The notes: generated from the letters alone by a model not told the origin. A stretch of 57,350 nt of DNA from Candidatus Dormibacteria bacterium (GCA_046262435.1 JBHEMT010000117.1:1-57350), one strand, 5' to 3'. Numbered from the stretch's first letter, positions 42,906-52,785 are shown. Program-made: numbers and translations.

Positions 42906-44333
42906 GTGACGGCGCCCATCGATGCGGTGGTGGTTGGCTCGGGGCCCAATGGCCTGGCGGCGGCGATCACCCTCGCCCGGGCGGGCCGGCAGGTGGTGGT
43001 GCTGGAGCGCGGTGAGACACCCGGCGGCGGCGCCCGCAGCGCTGCCCTCACTATCCCGGACTACATCCACGACGTCTGCTCGGCAGTTCACCCACTGGTT
43101 GCGGTGTCGCCGTTCTTCCGCTCCCTGCCCCTGGCCCGGCTGGGCTGCGAGCTGCTGCAACCGCCGGTGCCGCTGGCCCATCCGCTCGACGACGGCACCG
43201 CCGCCCTGCTCCATCGGGGCGTCGAGGAGACCGCCCGGGGCCTTGGCGCGGACGCAGCTCGATGGCGCGCGCTGATGGGACCATTGGTGCGCGGCGGGGC
43301 CGCGACCCTGGAGGCTGCCCTCAGCCTTCCCCGCGGCGTGGTCGACCACCCAGTGCTGATGGCCCGGTTCGGGGTCAGGGCGCTGCCGCCGGTGAGCGTG
43401 CTTCAGCGGCTGTTCACGACACCCGGGGCGCAGGCGTTGCTCGGCGGGATGGCCGCCCACGCGTTCCTGCCGCTCGAGGCCCCGACCACGGCGGCGGTGG
43501 CCCTGGTGCTCGGGGTCAGCGGGCAGGTCGCCGGATGGCCGGTGGTGCGCGGCGGGACGGGCAGGCTCACCGACGCCCTGGTCAGCCATCTTGAGGAGCT
43601 GGGCGGGGAGGTGCGCTGCGGGGTCGAGGTGCGCCGCTTGGGCGATCTGCCCCGTCACCGCGCCGCGCTCTTCGACACCGGCCCGAACCAGCTTGCCGAG
43701 ATCGCCGGCGGCCAGCTCCCCGGCCGCTACCGCCGCGCAGTGCGCCGCTTTCGGTACGGCCCGGGCGTGTTCAAGGTCGACTATGCCCTGTCCGGGCCGG
43801 TGCCCTGGACGGCCCCCGAAGCCCGCAGGGCGGGGACCCTGCACCTGGGGGGCACCTTCGAGGAGGTGGCTCGGGCGGAGCGCTCCGTGGCTGCGGGGCG
43901 GCCGCCGGCGCGCCCCTACGTGCTCGTGGCCCAGCCGGGAGTTGTCGACTCCAGCCGGGCGCCCGCGGGGCGGCACACCCTGTGGACCTACTGTCACGTC
44001 CCCGCCGGGGACACGACGGACATGACCGCCGCGATCGAGGCTCAGCTGGAGCGCTTTGCCCCCGGATTTGGTGACCTGGTGCTCGCCAGGCAGGCGATGG
44101 CGCCGGCCGACTACGAGCGCTACAACCCCAACAACGTGGGCGGCGACATCGGCGGTGGGGCAGCCGACTGGCGGCAGCTCTTCACCCGACCGGTGGTCCG
44201 GTTCGGCTCCCCCTATGCCACGCCCAATCCCCGCCTGTTTCTCTGCTCCGCATCGACCCCCCCGGGCGGAGGCGTGCACGGTCTGTGCGGGCGCAACGGG
44301 GCCCGCGCAGCGTTGCGTGGGGTGCTCCGCTAG
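42906..44333 (+). CDS. phytoene desaturase-family (CrtI-like) NAD(P)/FAD-dependent oxidoreductase
   Basis: GTG start. Dinucleotide fold [40 protein letters not shown]. Size and C-terminal GGGVHG motif fit the CrtI/amine-oxidase family. Confidence 0.8.
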   Translation: MTAPIDAVVVGSGPNGLAAAITLARAGRQVVVLERGETPGGGARSAALTIPDYIHDVCSAVHPLVAVSPFFRSLPLARLGCELLQPPVPLAHPLDDGTAALLHRGVEETARGLGADAARWRALMGPLVRGGAATLEAALSLPRGVVDHPVLMARFGVRALPPVSVLQRLFTTPGAQALLGGMAAHAFLPLEAPTTAAVALVLGVSGQVAGWPVVRGGTGRLTDALVSHLEELGGEVRCGVEVRRLGDLPRHRAALFDTGPNQLAEIAGGQLPGRYRRAVRRFRYGPGVFKVDYALSGPVPWTAPEARRAGTLHLGGTFEEVARAERSVAAGRPPARPYVLVAQPGVVDSSRAPAGRHTLWTYCHVPAGDTTDMTAAIEAQLERFAPGFGDLVLARQAMAPADYERYNPNNVGGDIGGGAADWRQLFTRPVVRFGSPYATPNPRLFLCSASTPPGGGVHGLCGRNGARAALRGVLR

Positions 44334-44399
44334 CCGGTCGTCGCCGGTGGGGGAGGCCCGGCACCACGCCGTCGCGGCGGGGTCTGGTAGAAGTTCCCG

Positions 44400-45461
44400 A
44401 TGACAGAAAAGGTTTTGCGCGCGGCGGTTGCCGGTGCCACCGGATACATCGGCATGCAGTGCGTGGAGCTGCTGCGGATGCATCCCCAGGTCGACCTCGT
44501 CCGGGTGATGGCCCGCAGCGGTGCGGGCCGGCGGTTTTCCGAGCTGGTCCCCGGCAGCCGCCTGGAGCTGGAGCTGCACTCCGGGATCGACCCGGGCGAT
44601 GTCGACGTCCTCTTTGCCTGCCTGCCGCATGGCGCGGCTGCCGAACATGCCCAGGGCTGGCTGGACAGCGGTGCCGTACTGCTTGACCTGAGCGCGGACT
44701 TCAGGATGCGCGACGCGGCGGACCACCAGCGGTGGTACGGCGGGGACCATCCCGCGCCAGAGCTCTGCGCGGAGGCGGTGTACGCACTCCCCGAACTGCT
44801 GAGCCCACCACCTGTCAACGCGGCGACCGACCCAGAGCGGGGCGCCTCGCTGCGCGCTGCCGGCCTGATCGCGACGCCGGGGTGCTACCCCACCGCCGCG
44901 CTGCTCGCCATTGTCCCCGGCCTGCGTGCCGGTCTGGTCGAGCCCGACCTCATCGTCGACGCCAAGAGCGGGGTCAGCGGCGCCGGACGCTCACCGGGCC
45001 TGGGCAACCACTACGCCGAGGTGAACGAGTCGGTGACCGCCTACGGGGTGAGCGGCCATCGCCACCGCGCCGAGCTGGACCAGGAGCTCCGATTGGTCGC
45101 GGGTGGCGAGGTGCGCCTCACCTTCGTGCCTCATCTGGTGCCGATGACACGGGGAATTTTGGTGACCGCCTACCTTCGGCTGCGTCCTCCAGCCACGGTG
45201 GCGGCGCTCACCGACGTGTACCGCGAGCTGTGCGCAGCGCACCCCTTCCTGCACTACAGCGAGACTCCGCCGGCCACCAAGACGGTCATCCACAGCAACA
45301 CCGCGGCGCTCCATGTGGCCGGACAGGGTGATAGCGCGGTGGTGCTCTGCGCGATCGACAACCTGCTCAAGGGCGGCGCCGGTCAGGCGGTGCAGGCGAT
45401 GAACCTGCGCTTCAGCCTCCCCGAGACCGCAGGGCTACCGATGGGGGCTCCGTGGCCGTGA
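44400..45461 (+). CDS. argC: N-acetyl-gamma-glutamyl-phosphate reductase
   Basis: GATGYIG NAD fold and the catalytic Cys context ATPGCYPTA. Confidence 0.9.
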   Translation: MTEKVLRAAVAGATGYIGMQCVELLRMHPQVDLVRVMARSGAGRRFSELVPGSRLELELHSGIDPGDVDVLFACLPHGAAAEHAQGWLDSGAVLLDLSADFRMRDAADHQRWYGGDHPAPELCAEAVYALPELLSPPPVNAATDPERGASLRAAGLIATPGCYPTAALLAIVPGLRAGLVEPDLIVDAKSGVSGAGRSPGLGNHYAEVNESVTAYGVSGHRHRAELDQELRLVAGGEVRLTFVPHLVPMTRGILVTAYLRLRPPATVAALTDVYRELCAAHPFLHYSETPPATKTVIHSNTAALHVAGQGDSAVVLCAIDNLLKGGAGQAVQAMNLRFSLPETAGLPMGAPWP

Positions 45462-46675
45462 GCGCCGAGCAGCGGCGTGGAGTTTGCGCGCCGCGAGGTT
45501 TTCGCGCCGGCGCCGCGGCCGCCGGGGTGCGCGATGACGGTGACCTCACGCGACTGGACGTTGCCGTCGTGGCCAGCGACCTTCCCTGCCGGAGCACGGC
45601 GGTGTTCACCCGCAACCTGGTGAGCGCCGCTCCCGTGGATGTGTCGCGCATGGCGATGCGCAGCGGTGCGGTGCGCGCGGCGGTGCTCAACAGCGGCAAT
45701 GCCAACGCCGCAACCGGGGCGCAGGGGCGGCGCGACGCAATGGCCATGCAGAGACGCTGCGCGGAGGCGCTTGGCCTGGCCCCGGAGGAGGTCCTGGTTG
45801 CCTCCACCGGCGTGATCGGCCGGCCGCTGCCGGTGGCACGGGTCGAGGCGGGCATCGCGGCCGCGGTGGGGGAGATGGGGGTCCTGGGCGGCGACCGTGC
45901 CGCCGCCGCCATCCTCACCACCGACACGCTGATCAAGACCGCGGCGCGCAGGACCGAGCTGGGCGCGGGGCGGCAGGTCTGCGTCGGTGGTATGGCCAAG
46001 GGCGCGGGCATGATCCACCCGAATATGGCGACCCTGCTGGCGGTGCTCACCACCGATGCGCCGGTGGACGATGGGGTTCTCGCCGCGCTCTTCAGTCGAT
46101 GCGCCGATGCCACCTTCAACTGCATCACGGTCGACGGCGACACCTCAACCAACGACACCGCCGTGCTGTTCGCCAATGGCGCCGCCGGTGGCGAGCGGGT
46201 GCGCGCCGGCAGCCCCGAGGCGAGCGTCCTCGAGTCGCTGGTCGAGGCGGTCTGTCAGGACCTGGCCGAGCAGCTGGTGGCCGACGCGGAGGGGGCCACG
46301 CGGCACTTCAGGGTGCGCGTACTCGGGGCGGGATCGGTCGCCGATGCGCGGATCGTGGCGCGCACCGTTGCCGCCAGTCCCCTGGTCAAGACGGCCATCC
46401 ATGGGGGCGACCCCAACTGGGGACGCATCCTCGCCGCCGCGGGCCGCAGCGGCGTGGCTTTCGAGCCGCTGCGCTGCCGGGTGGCGGTTGGTGGCCTGCC
46501 GGTCTTCGACGAGGGATCGCCGCGCGCCGTGCCCGCGGCGGCGGTGCGGGCCGCCTTCTCACAGCGGTGCATCGAGATCGAGGTCGACCTCGGTGGGGGA
46601 GGCGCCGAGGGCTGCGCCTGGGGCTGTGACCTGAGCGCCGAGTACGTGCGGATCAACGCCGACTACACGACGTGA
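45452..46675 (+). CDS. argJ: bifunctional ornithine acetyltransferase / N-acetylglutamate synthase
   Basis: Autoprocessing site MATLLAVLTTDA (cleavage before T), GMAKGAGMIHPNM and a C-terminal YVRINADYTT. Confidence 0.9.
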   Translation: MAVSAEQRRGVCAPRGFRAGAAAAGVRDDGDLTRLDVAVVASDLPCRSTAVFTRNLVSAAPVDVSRMAMRSGAVRAAVLNSGNANAATGAQGRRDAMAMQRRCAEALGLAPEEVLVASTGVIGRPLPVARVEAGIAAAVGEMGVLGGDRAAAAILTTDTLIKTAARRTELGAGRQVCVGGMAKGAGMIHPNMATLLAVLTTDAPVDDGVLAALFSRCADATFNCITVDGDTSTNDTAVLFANGAAGGERVRAGSPEASVLESLVEAVCQDLAEQLVADAEGATRHFRVRVLGAGSVADARIVARTVAASPLVKTAIHGGDPNWGRILAAAGRSGVAFEPLRCRVAVGGLPVFDEGSPRAVPAAAVRAAFSQRCIEIEVDLGGGGAEGCAWGCDLSAEYVRINADYTT

Positions 46676-47547
46676 GCGCCGACGAGCGGATCGAGCGGGC
46701 GCGCACCCTCTCCCAGGCGCTGCCCTACCTGCAGCGGCTTGCCGGCGCGACCATCGTGGTCAAGCTGGGTGGCTCGGCGATCGACGTCGCCGGCTCCGAG
46801 TCGGTGCTCCGCGACATGGTCCTGCTCCGCACCGCGGGGGTGCGCCCGGTGCTGGTGCACGGTGGTGGTCCGGCGGTCACCGCCTGGCAGGGCCGGCTTG
46901 GGCTTTCCAGTCGCTTCATCGATGGGCTGCGGGTCAGCGATGCCGAGACCGTGGAGCTCGCCCGGATGGTGCTCACCGGCAAGGTGGGCCCGGAGCTGGT
47001 GAGCGCCATCCACCGGCTCGGCGGCAGTGCGGTGGGCATCAGTGGTGAGGATGGTCCGACCCTCCTGGTGCGACCCCATCCTCGCGACTCCGAGCTGGGA
47101 TTCGTCGGGGAGGTCGACCGGGTGGTGCCCGACACCCTGCTCGGCCTGCTCGACGACGGCCACATCCCGGTGGTGGCATCAATCGGCCTTGGCCCCAAGG
47201 GGCAGGCCTACAACATCAACGCGGACACGGTGGCCGCCGAGCTCGCCGTCGCCCTGCCGGCGAGCCGCCTGGTGCTGCTGACCGATGTGGAGGGGCTGCT
47301 CGGCCCTTCCGGCGAGCTGGTCAGCCAGGTCGGCGCGCGTCGCGCGGCAGCGATGATCCGCGACGGTACGGTCAGCGGTGGGATGATCCCCAAGATCGTC
47401 GCCGCCCTGCGCGCACTGGACGGCGGCGCCACGGTGCACATCATCGACGGCCGCGTCGAACACGCGCTGCTGCTCGAACTGCTCACCGACACCGGGGTGG
47501 GGACGATGCTGCGTGCCGATCTCGAGGTTTCCGAGGAGGAGTTGTGA
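46672..47547 (+). CDS. argB: acetylglutamate kinase
   Basis: VVKLGGSA, VLVHGGGP, NINADTVA and GGMIPK motifs. GTGA overlap with argJ. Confidence 0.9.
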   Translation: MSADERIERARTLSQALPYLQRLAGATIVVKLGGSAIDVAGSESVLRDMVLLRTAGVRPVLVHGGGPAVTAWQGRLGLSSRFIDGLRVSDAETVELARMVLTGKVGPELVSAIHRLGGSAVGISGEDGPTLLVRPHPRDSELGFVGEVDRVVPDTLLGLLDDGHIPVVASIGLGPKGQAYNINADTVAAELAVALPASRLVLLTDVEGLLGPSGELVSQVGARRAAAMIRDGTVSGGMIPKIVAALRALDGGATVHIIDGRVEHALLLELLTDTGVGTMLRADLEVSEEEL

Positions 47548-48776
47548 GCGAGACCACAGTCGGCGGGACCGCCGGGCTCAGCGCCGTCCAGGAGCGGGAG
47601 GCGACGGTGCTGATGAGTACCTACGCGCGTCAGCCGGTTGTGCTGGTGCGCGGCGTGGGCTGCGAGGTGGTCGACGATGAGGGCGGACGGTACCTCGACC
47701 TGGTCGCGGGCATCGCCGTGAATGTCCTCGGTCACCGCCACCCCGCCCTGCTGGCAGCGATCCGCGACCAGTCGGAGCAGCTGGTCCACGTCAGCAACCT
47801 GTACTACACCGAGCCGCAGTTGGAAGTGGCCGAGCGCATCGTCGCGTCGGCCTTCCCTGGCCGCGTTTTTCTGTGCAACAGCGGAGCGGAGGCCAACGAG
47901 GCGGCGATCAAGCTGGCGCGCAAGTGGGGGCGCCGCCATCGCGGTGGCGCGACCACCATCATCTGCGCCCAGGGGGCCTTTCACGGGCGCACCATGGGAG
48001 CGCTGGCGGCCACCGCCACCCGGCGCTATCAGGAGGACTTCGAACCGCTGCCCGGTGGCTTCGTCCACGTCGCCTTCGACGACCCCGAAGCCATCAGCGC
48101 CGCCATCGATGCGTCGGTGTGCGCCGTCCTCCTCGAACCGGTTCAGGGTGAGAGCGGTGTCCTCCCGATGAGCGACGCCGGCATGCGTGCGGTCCGCCGC
48201 AGCTGCGACGAGGCCGGCATCCTGCTGATCCTCGACGAGGTGCAGTCGGGAATGGGCAGGACGGGGCGGATGTGGGCGCACCAGCACGCCGGCATCACCC
48301 CGGATGTGATGACCATGGCCAAGGGCCTTGGGGGCGGCCTGCCCATCGGCGCGGTGCTCGCCCGGCCCGGAGCCGACGGGTTCGAGCCGGGTGACCACGG
48401 TTGCACCTTCGGAGGCAACCCGCTGGCTAGCGCGGCAGCGTGCGCGGTGCTGCGCACCATCGAGACCGAGGGCCTGGTGGCCCGGGCTGCCGCCGCCGGC
48501 GAGCGTCTGGCCGCGGCTCTGTACCGGCTGCGCGACGCCGGAGCGCCGATCGCCTCGGTGCGGGGACGGGGGCTGATGCTCGCCGTTGTGCTCGGCGAGG
48601 ACATCGCCGCCCGGGTGGCCCGCGCCGGGCTGGAAACCGGCGTGCTGGTCAACGCCATCGGCAGCCGGGTGCTGCGCCTGGTCCCACCCCTGACCATCAC
48701 CGATGCTGAGGTGGACGAGGCGGTTCACCGGCTGGGACTCGCGCTCCAGCTCGCCCGGACCGAGGGGGGCGCGTGA
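47544..48776 (+). CDS. argD: acetylornithine aminotransferase
   Basis: Class III aminotransferase: NSGAEANEAA, ILDEVQSGMGRTG and the PLP lysine in MTMAKGLGGG. Confidence 0.9.
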   Translation: MSETTVGGTAGLSAVQEREATVLMSTYARQPVVLVRGVGCEVVDDEGGRYLDLVAGIAVNVLGHRHPALLAAIRDQSEQLVHVSNLYYTEPQLEVAERIVASAFPGRVFLCNSGAEANEAAIKLARKWGRRHRGGATTIICAQGAFHGRTMGALAATATRRYQEDFEPLPGGFVHVAFDDPEAISAAIDASVCAVLLEPVQGESGVLPMSDAGMRAVRRSCDEAGILLILDEVQSGMGRTGRMWAHQHAGITPDVMTMAKGLGGGLPIGAVLARPGADGFEPGDHGCTFGGNPLASAAACAVLRTIETEGLVARAAAAGERLAAALYRLRDAGAPIASVRGRGLMLAVVLGEDIAARVARAGLETGVLVNAIGSRVLRLVPPLTITDAEVDEAVHRLGLALQLARTEGGA

Positions 48777-50038
48777 GCGAGCGTGGACGGTGCGTGCTCG
48801 CCTACAGCGGCGGCCTGGACACCTCGGTCGCGATCCGCTGGCTCACCGAGCAGGGCTACGACGTGGTCGCACTGACGGTTGACCTCGGTGGGTCTCGGGT
48901 GGACGGGCACCGGGTGCAGGAGAAAGCCCTGCGGACCGGCGCGACCGTCGCCTACAGCGTCGACGTGCGCCAGCTCTTCAGTGACAACTTCGCCGTGCCC
49001 AGCCTGATGGCGGGCTCGCTGTACGAGGGGGTGTACCCACTGGCCACTGCGCTCGGGCGCCCACTGATCGCCAAGCTGCTGGTCGAACTGGCCCGCGAGG
49101 AGGGAGCAGCCGCCGTTGCCCACGGTTGCACCGGGAAGGGCAACGACCAGGTGCGCTTCGACGTTGCGGTGGCCGCACTGGCGCCTGACCTCAGCGTGGT
49201 GGCTCCGGTGCGCGACTGGTCGATGGGACGCAGTGAGGAGATCGCCTACGCCCAGCAGCACGGCATCGAGGTGCCCGCGAGCGTTGCCTCGCCGTACAGC
49301 GTGGACGCCAACCTCTGGGGTCGCTCCATCGAGTGTGGCGTCCTTGAGGACCCATGGCAGGAGCCGCCCGCAGAGGTGTTTGCCTGGACCCGCGACCCCG
49401 GCGACTGTCCCGAGGCAGGCGTGGTCGTCGAGGCCGGCTTCGAAGAGGGTGTGCCGGTGTCGCTCGACGGCGAGCGCCTGCCCTCCCACCAGCTGATTGA
49501 GCGGCTCAACGACATCGCCGGGTGCCACGGCGTGGGCCGGATCGACCATGTCGAAAACCGGCTGGTGGGGATCAAGTCGCGGGAGATCTATGAGGCTCCC
49601 GCGGCCACCGTGTTTCACGCTGCGCACGCCGCCCTCGAGGCGGTAACCCTGTCGCGGGAGGTGGCGCGCTTCTCGCGGATCGTTGCCGACGAGTGGGCGC
49701 GGCTGGTCTACGACGGGCTCTGGTTCAGCGCCCTGCGTGAGAACCTCTGGGCCTACGTGCGCGCTGGACAGCGCCAGGTCACCGGTGAGGTGCGGGTGCG
49801 GCTGCGCCAGGGGGGGCTGCGGGTCATCGGCAGAAAGGCGCCGGCCTCGCTCTACCAGCACGGGTTGGCCACCTACGAGCGCGCCCAGGACACCTTCAGC
49901 CACGACGCCGCGCGCGGCTTCATCGAGCTCTTCGGCCTGCCGCTGCGCACTCAGACCGAGGTGCAGGGGGCCCTCGGGGATGCCTCGCGACGGCTTCTCC
50001 CGGAGCGGCCCGACCGGCTGGAGGCGCCCCGTGGCTAG
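48773..50038 (+). CDS. argG: argininosuccinate synthase
   Basis: AYSGGLDTS ATP-PPase motif, GCTGKGNDQVRF and ENRLVGIKSREIYE. Confidence 0.9.
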   Translation: MSERGRCVLAYSGGLDTSVAIRWLTEQGYDVVALTVDLGGSRVDGHRVQEKALRTGATVAYSVDVRQLFSDNFAVPSLMAGSLYEGVYPLATALGRPLIAKLLVELAREEGAAAVAHGCTGKGNDQVRFDVAVAALAPDLSVVAPVRDWSMGRSEEIAYAQQHGIEVPASVASPYSVDANLWGRSIECGVLEDPWQEPPAEVFAWTRDPGDCPEAGVVVEAGFEEGVPVSLDGERLPSHQLIERLNDIAGCHGVGRIDHVENRLVGIKSREIYEAPAATVFHAAHAALEAVTLSREVARFSRIVADEWARLVYDGLWFSALRENLWAYVRAGQRQVTGEVRVRLRQGGLRVIGRKAPASLYQHGLATYERAQDTFSHDAARGFIELFGLPLRTQTEVQGALGDASRRLLPERPDRLEAPRG

Positions 50039-50048
50039 AGGCATTCGT

Positions 50049-51626
50049 GTGGTCGGCGTCGGGGTCGACCCCCAGGATGCGGAGACGGCTCTCCCGCAGC
50101 CCGCCGCGCGGCCGTCCGCGCGGACCGCACGGCTCGCGGCTCGCGGCCCGGCCAAGGAACAGCCAAAGGTCGCCAAGCTCTGGTCGGGCCGCCTGGGCGG
50201 CCGCACGGCGCCCAAGGTCGAGAAGTACACGGCCAGCCTCCCGGTCGATTGCCGGCTGTTCGCGGACGACATCCAGGGGTCGCGCGCCCACGCCCGCATG
50301 CTGCGCGAGGTGGGCCTGCTCGCGGCCGGGGAGTGGCGGCAGCTGGATGGCGGCCTGCGCGAGATCGGTCGCGACATTGAGAACGACAGCTTCATCTTTC
50401 TTGAATCCGATGAGGACATCCACTCGGCCGTGGAACGGGGGCTGACCGAGCGCATCGGCGAAGCCGCCGGCAAACTGCATGCCGGACGCAGTCGCAACGA
50501 CCAGGTGGCGACCGACCTGCGGCTCTACTGCAAGCGGAGCTGCCGTGAGCACATGGGCGCCATCGCCGACCTGCAGGAGGTGCTGCTCCGCCGTGCGCAG
50601 CAGCACCGCACCGCGCCGCTGCCCGGATATACCCACCTGCAACGAGCTCAGGTGATCTCCCTAGCCCACCATCTGCTCGCGTTCGTGGAGATGCTCCAGC
50701 GTGACGTGGAGCGCTTCGAGGAAACTCACGAGCGCTGCGACGTCCTCCCCCTGGGCAGCGGGGCGCTGGCCGGCACCACCCTGCCCATCGATCGCAGATT
50801 CACCGCCGCGGCGCTGGGGTTCACGAGGATCAGCGCCAACAGCCTCGACGCGGTGAGCGACCGCGACTTCTGCGTCGACCTTGTGGCCGCGTGCGCACAG
50901 CTGATGGTGCACCTCTCGCGACTCTGCGAGGAGCTGGTGCTGTGGAGCTCCAGCGAGTACGGCTTCTGCGAGCTCCCCGACGCTTACGCCACCGGCTCAT
51001 CGCTGATGCCGCAGAAGAAGAACCCCGACGTATTCGAGCTCGCCCGGGGGCGGACATCCCGCGTGTTTGGCTCGCTGACCGCCCTGCTGAGCCTCTCCAA
51101 GGGGCTGCCGATGGCCTACAACCGTGACCTCCAGGAGGACAAGGTGGCCCTCTTCGCGGCGGTCGACGTCACCCTGCCTACCCTGAGCGTGCTCAGCGAG
51201 ACGATCGCCCAGCTCCGCTTCGACGTGGACCGGATGCGTACCGCGGCCGGCGACCCGGCACTCGCCGCGACCGACATCGCCGAGCACCTGGTCGGTCGGG
51301 GAGTGCCGTTTCGAGAGGCTCATGGTGTGGTCGGTCGGGCGGTTCGTCTGGCGGTGCAGCGTCGCTGCACGCTGGCCGAGCTCAGCCTCGAGGAATGGCA
51401 GGGTCTCGATGCGCGCGTGGATGAGGGCGTCCTCGGCCTCTTTGACCTTGACGCGATGCTGCGCCGGCGCGAGCTTCCGGGCGGCCCCGGCCCCCGGGCG
51501 GTGGCCCGCCAGCTGGTGCGAGCCGCAACCATGGTGGCCAAGACCCGCCGCCTGGTGACGGTGCTCGCCAAGCAGGGCCTCGCCGGCAAGGAGGTGGGCA
51601 GCGGCGCCCGCCGACCCGCAGAGTAG
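50049..51626 (+). CDS. argH: argininosuccinate lyase (start uncertain, ~40-aa N-terminal extension)
   Basis: KLWSGRLGG, the fumarate-lyase signature GSSLMPQKKNPD and HLQRAQ. The only in-frame starts upstream of KLWSGR are GTG at 50049 and ATG at 49980. Confidence 0.85.
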   Translation: MVGVGVDPQDAETALPQPAARPSARTARLAARGPAKEQPKVAKLWSGRLGGRTAPKVEKYTASLPVDCRLFADDIQGSRAHARMLREVGLLAAGEWRQLDGGLREIGRDIENDSFIFLESDEDIHSAVERGLTERIGEAAGKLHAGRSRNDQVATDLRLYCKRSCREHMGAIADLQEVLLRRAQQHRTAPLPGYTHLQRAQVISLAHHLLAFVEMLQRDVERFEETHERCDVLPLGSGALAGTTLPIDRRFTAAALGFTRISANSLDAVSDRDFCVDLVAACAQLMVHLSRLCEELVLWSSSEYGFCELPDAYATGSSLMPQKKNPDVFELARGRTSRVFGSLTALLSLSKGLPMAYNRDLQEDKVALFAAVDVTLPTLSVLSETIAQLRFDVDRMRTAAGDPALAATDIAEHLVGRGVPFREAHGVVGRAVRLAVQRRCTLAELSLEEWQGLDARVDEGVLGLFDLDAMLRRRELPGGPGPRAVARQLVRAATMVAKTRRLVTVLAKQGLAGKEVGSGARRPAE

Positions 51627-51663
51627 GCGGCCTCCGCCGCGCTCGCGGTCGTAGGCTGAGCTG

Positions 51664-52446
51664 ATGAGCAGCCGCCCGCCCGTCCTGGTCGTCGGCGACG
51701 TCCAGGGAGACGTCGAGCGGCTGCGCGAGGCGCTGGCACCCTTCCCCGAGGACGAGGTGCTGACCGTCTTTCTGGGGGACTTCGTGCAGGGTGGCGAGCC
51801 AGGCGCCGCCGGCGGGGTCGCCGCCGCCCGGCTCGCCCGAGCCCGGCGCAACAGCGCCAGCGTGCTCGGCAACCACGACGTCCTGCTGCTCTGTGTCCTC
51901 GAGGAGCAGCGCACCGGGACACCCGACTTCTATCGGCACCGCCACGGTGAGACCGCGCGGGTCGCCGACATCTGGCGCCACCGCCGCGGTGACTGGGCGG
52001 ACCTCCGCGAGCTCCGCGACGACCCAGGTCTCGAGGCCTGGCTCCGCTCGCTCCCCCTGCTCCACAAGCTCGACGACGGAACCCTCGCCCAGCACTGTGA
52101 TGACGACCGCTACGCGGAGCTGGGGGGGAGCGTGGACGAGGTCAACCGCGCTGCGGGCGCCCTGCTCGGCCGGCCGGGCGGCGTCTGGGACGTCTTCCCC
52201 TACACGGTGGGGCGGCATGCGTTCGCCAGCGCGGAGCGGCTGGACCGCCATCTCCGCCACTTCGGGGCCACCCGGGTCATTCATGGCCACACTCCCCACC
52301 GGGCCGAGCGTCCCCAGGCCAGTCATCAGGGGCGGGTCTGGTCGTTCGACGGGCGCTTCTCGCGGTATTGGGCTCCCGACGAGCCGTGGGACACCGGTCC
52401 AATCGAGGCCACGGTGGCGCTTCTGCCCGAGCTGCACGCCGCCTGA
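51664..52446 (+). CDS. metallophosphoesterase (PPP/ApaH-like Ser/Thr phosphatase family)
   Basis: VVGDVQGD, FLGDFVQGG, VLGNHD and IHGHTPH motifs in canonical order. Confidence 0.75.
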   Translation: MSSRPPVLVVGDVQGDVERLREALAPFPEDEVLTVFLGDFVQGGEPGAAGGVAAARLARARRNSASVLGNHDVLLLCVLEEQRTGTPDFYRHRHGETARVADIWRHRRGDWADLRELRDDPGLEAWLRSLPLLHKLDDGTLAQHCDDDRYAELGGSVDEVNRAAGALLGRPGGVWDVFPYTVGRHAFASAERLDRHLRHFGATRVIHGHTPHRAERPQASHQGRVWSFDGRFSRYWAPDEPWDTGPIEATVALLPELHAA

Positions 52447-52532
52447 CCCGGTGGCGGACCCTGCCCCGTGACCTCCTCATCCTGTCGGTGTGGACAGCGG
52501 GGCGACGGAAATCCCTTGTCGGACTATCCTCC

Positions 52533-52562
52533 TTGGATACAACGTGGCTATCACGTTATGGT
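52533..52562 (+). promoter_or_regulatory. candidate promoter with an embedded inverted repeat
   Basis: TTGGAT (52533-52538), an 18-nt spacer, then TATGGT (52557-52562). The spacer contains AACGTG-gctatc-CACGTT (52541-52558). A local AT-rich patch 20 nt upstream of the miniprotein ATG. Confidence 0.3.
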
Positions 52563-52581
52563 CTTTGGGAAGGGAGCCGCC

Positions 52582-52785
52582 ATGCCGCGTCGCTACAAGC
52601 CGATCACGCTTCCCCTGCGGCCCACCCCGGAGGTGCTCGTCGAGCAGACGGCGCGGTGCCCCAACTGTGAGGACCACGGCGCGGTCTCGATCGGGCGGCT
52701 CGGTCTCCGGCTGGTCTTTCAGTGCCCAAGTTGCCGGGTGCGGTTCTACCGCGTGGCCTCGACCGGTAGCAATCGGGTCGCCTGA
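52582..52785 (+). CDS. 67-aa zinc-ribbon miniprotein
   Basis: ATG at 52582 preceded by GGGAAGGGAG. Two CxxC pairs (CPNC...CPSC) spaced 23 residues apart. Confidence 0.45.
   Translation: MPRRYKPITLPLRPTPEVLVEQTARCPNCEDHGAVSIGRLGLRLVFQCPSCRVRFYRVASTGSNRVA

Noticed and set aside
42264-44750. 828-aa ORF on the minus strand, the longest unexplained ORF in the track.
   Set aside because: It lies antisense to three well-supported genes (TPR protein, CrtI-like oxidoreductase, argC). The translation is R/P/G/A-rich low complexity with no motifs. This is the typical stop-poor antisense frame of ~70% GC DNA.
49980-50048. ATG at 49980 as the argH start.
   Set aside because: It would overlap argG by 59 nt and add an implausible R/G/P-rich peptide. 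GTG at 50049 is preferred, but the start remains uncertain.
48725-50497. 590-aa minus-strand ORF. Similar cases are 47208-48728, 25849-27189, 52477-53811, 12025-13404 and 13230-14177.
   Set aside because: All are antisense to genes with unambiguous catalytic motifs (argG, argD, ctaB, GT-C protein, fabH, Ldt). Their compositions are biased (R, P, G, H) and no motif is recognisable.
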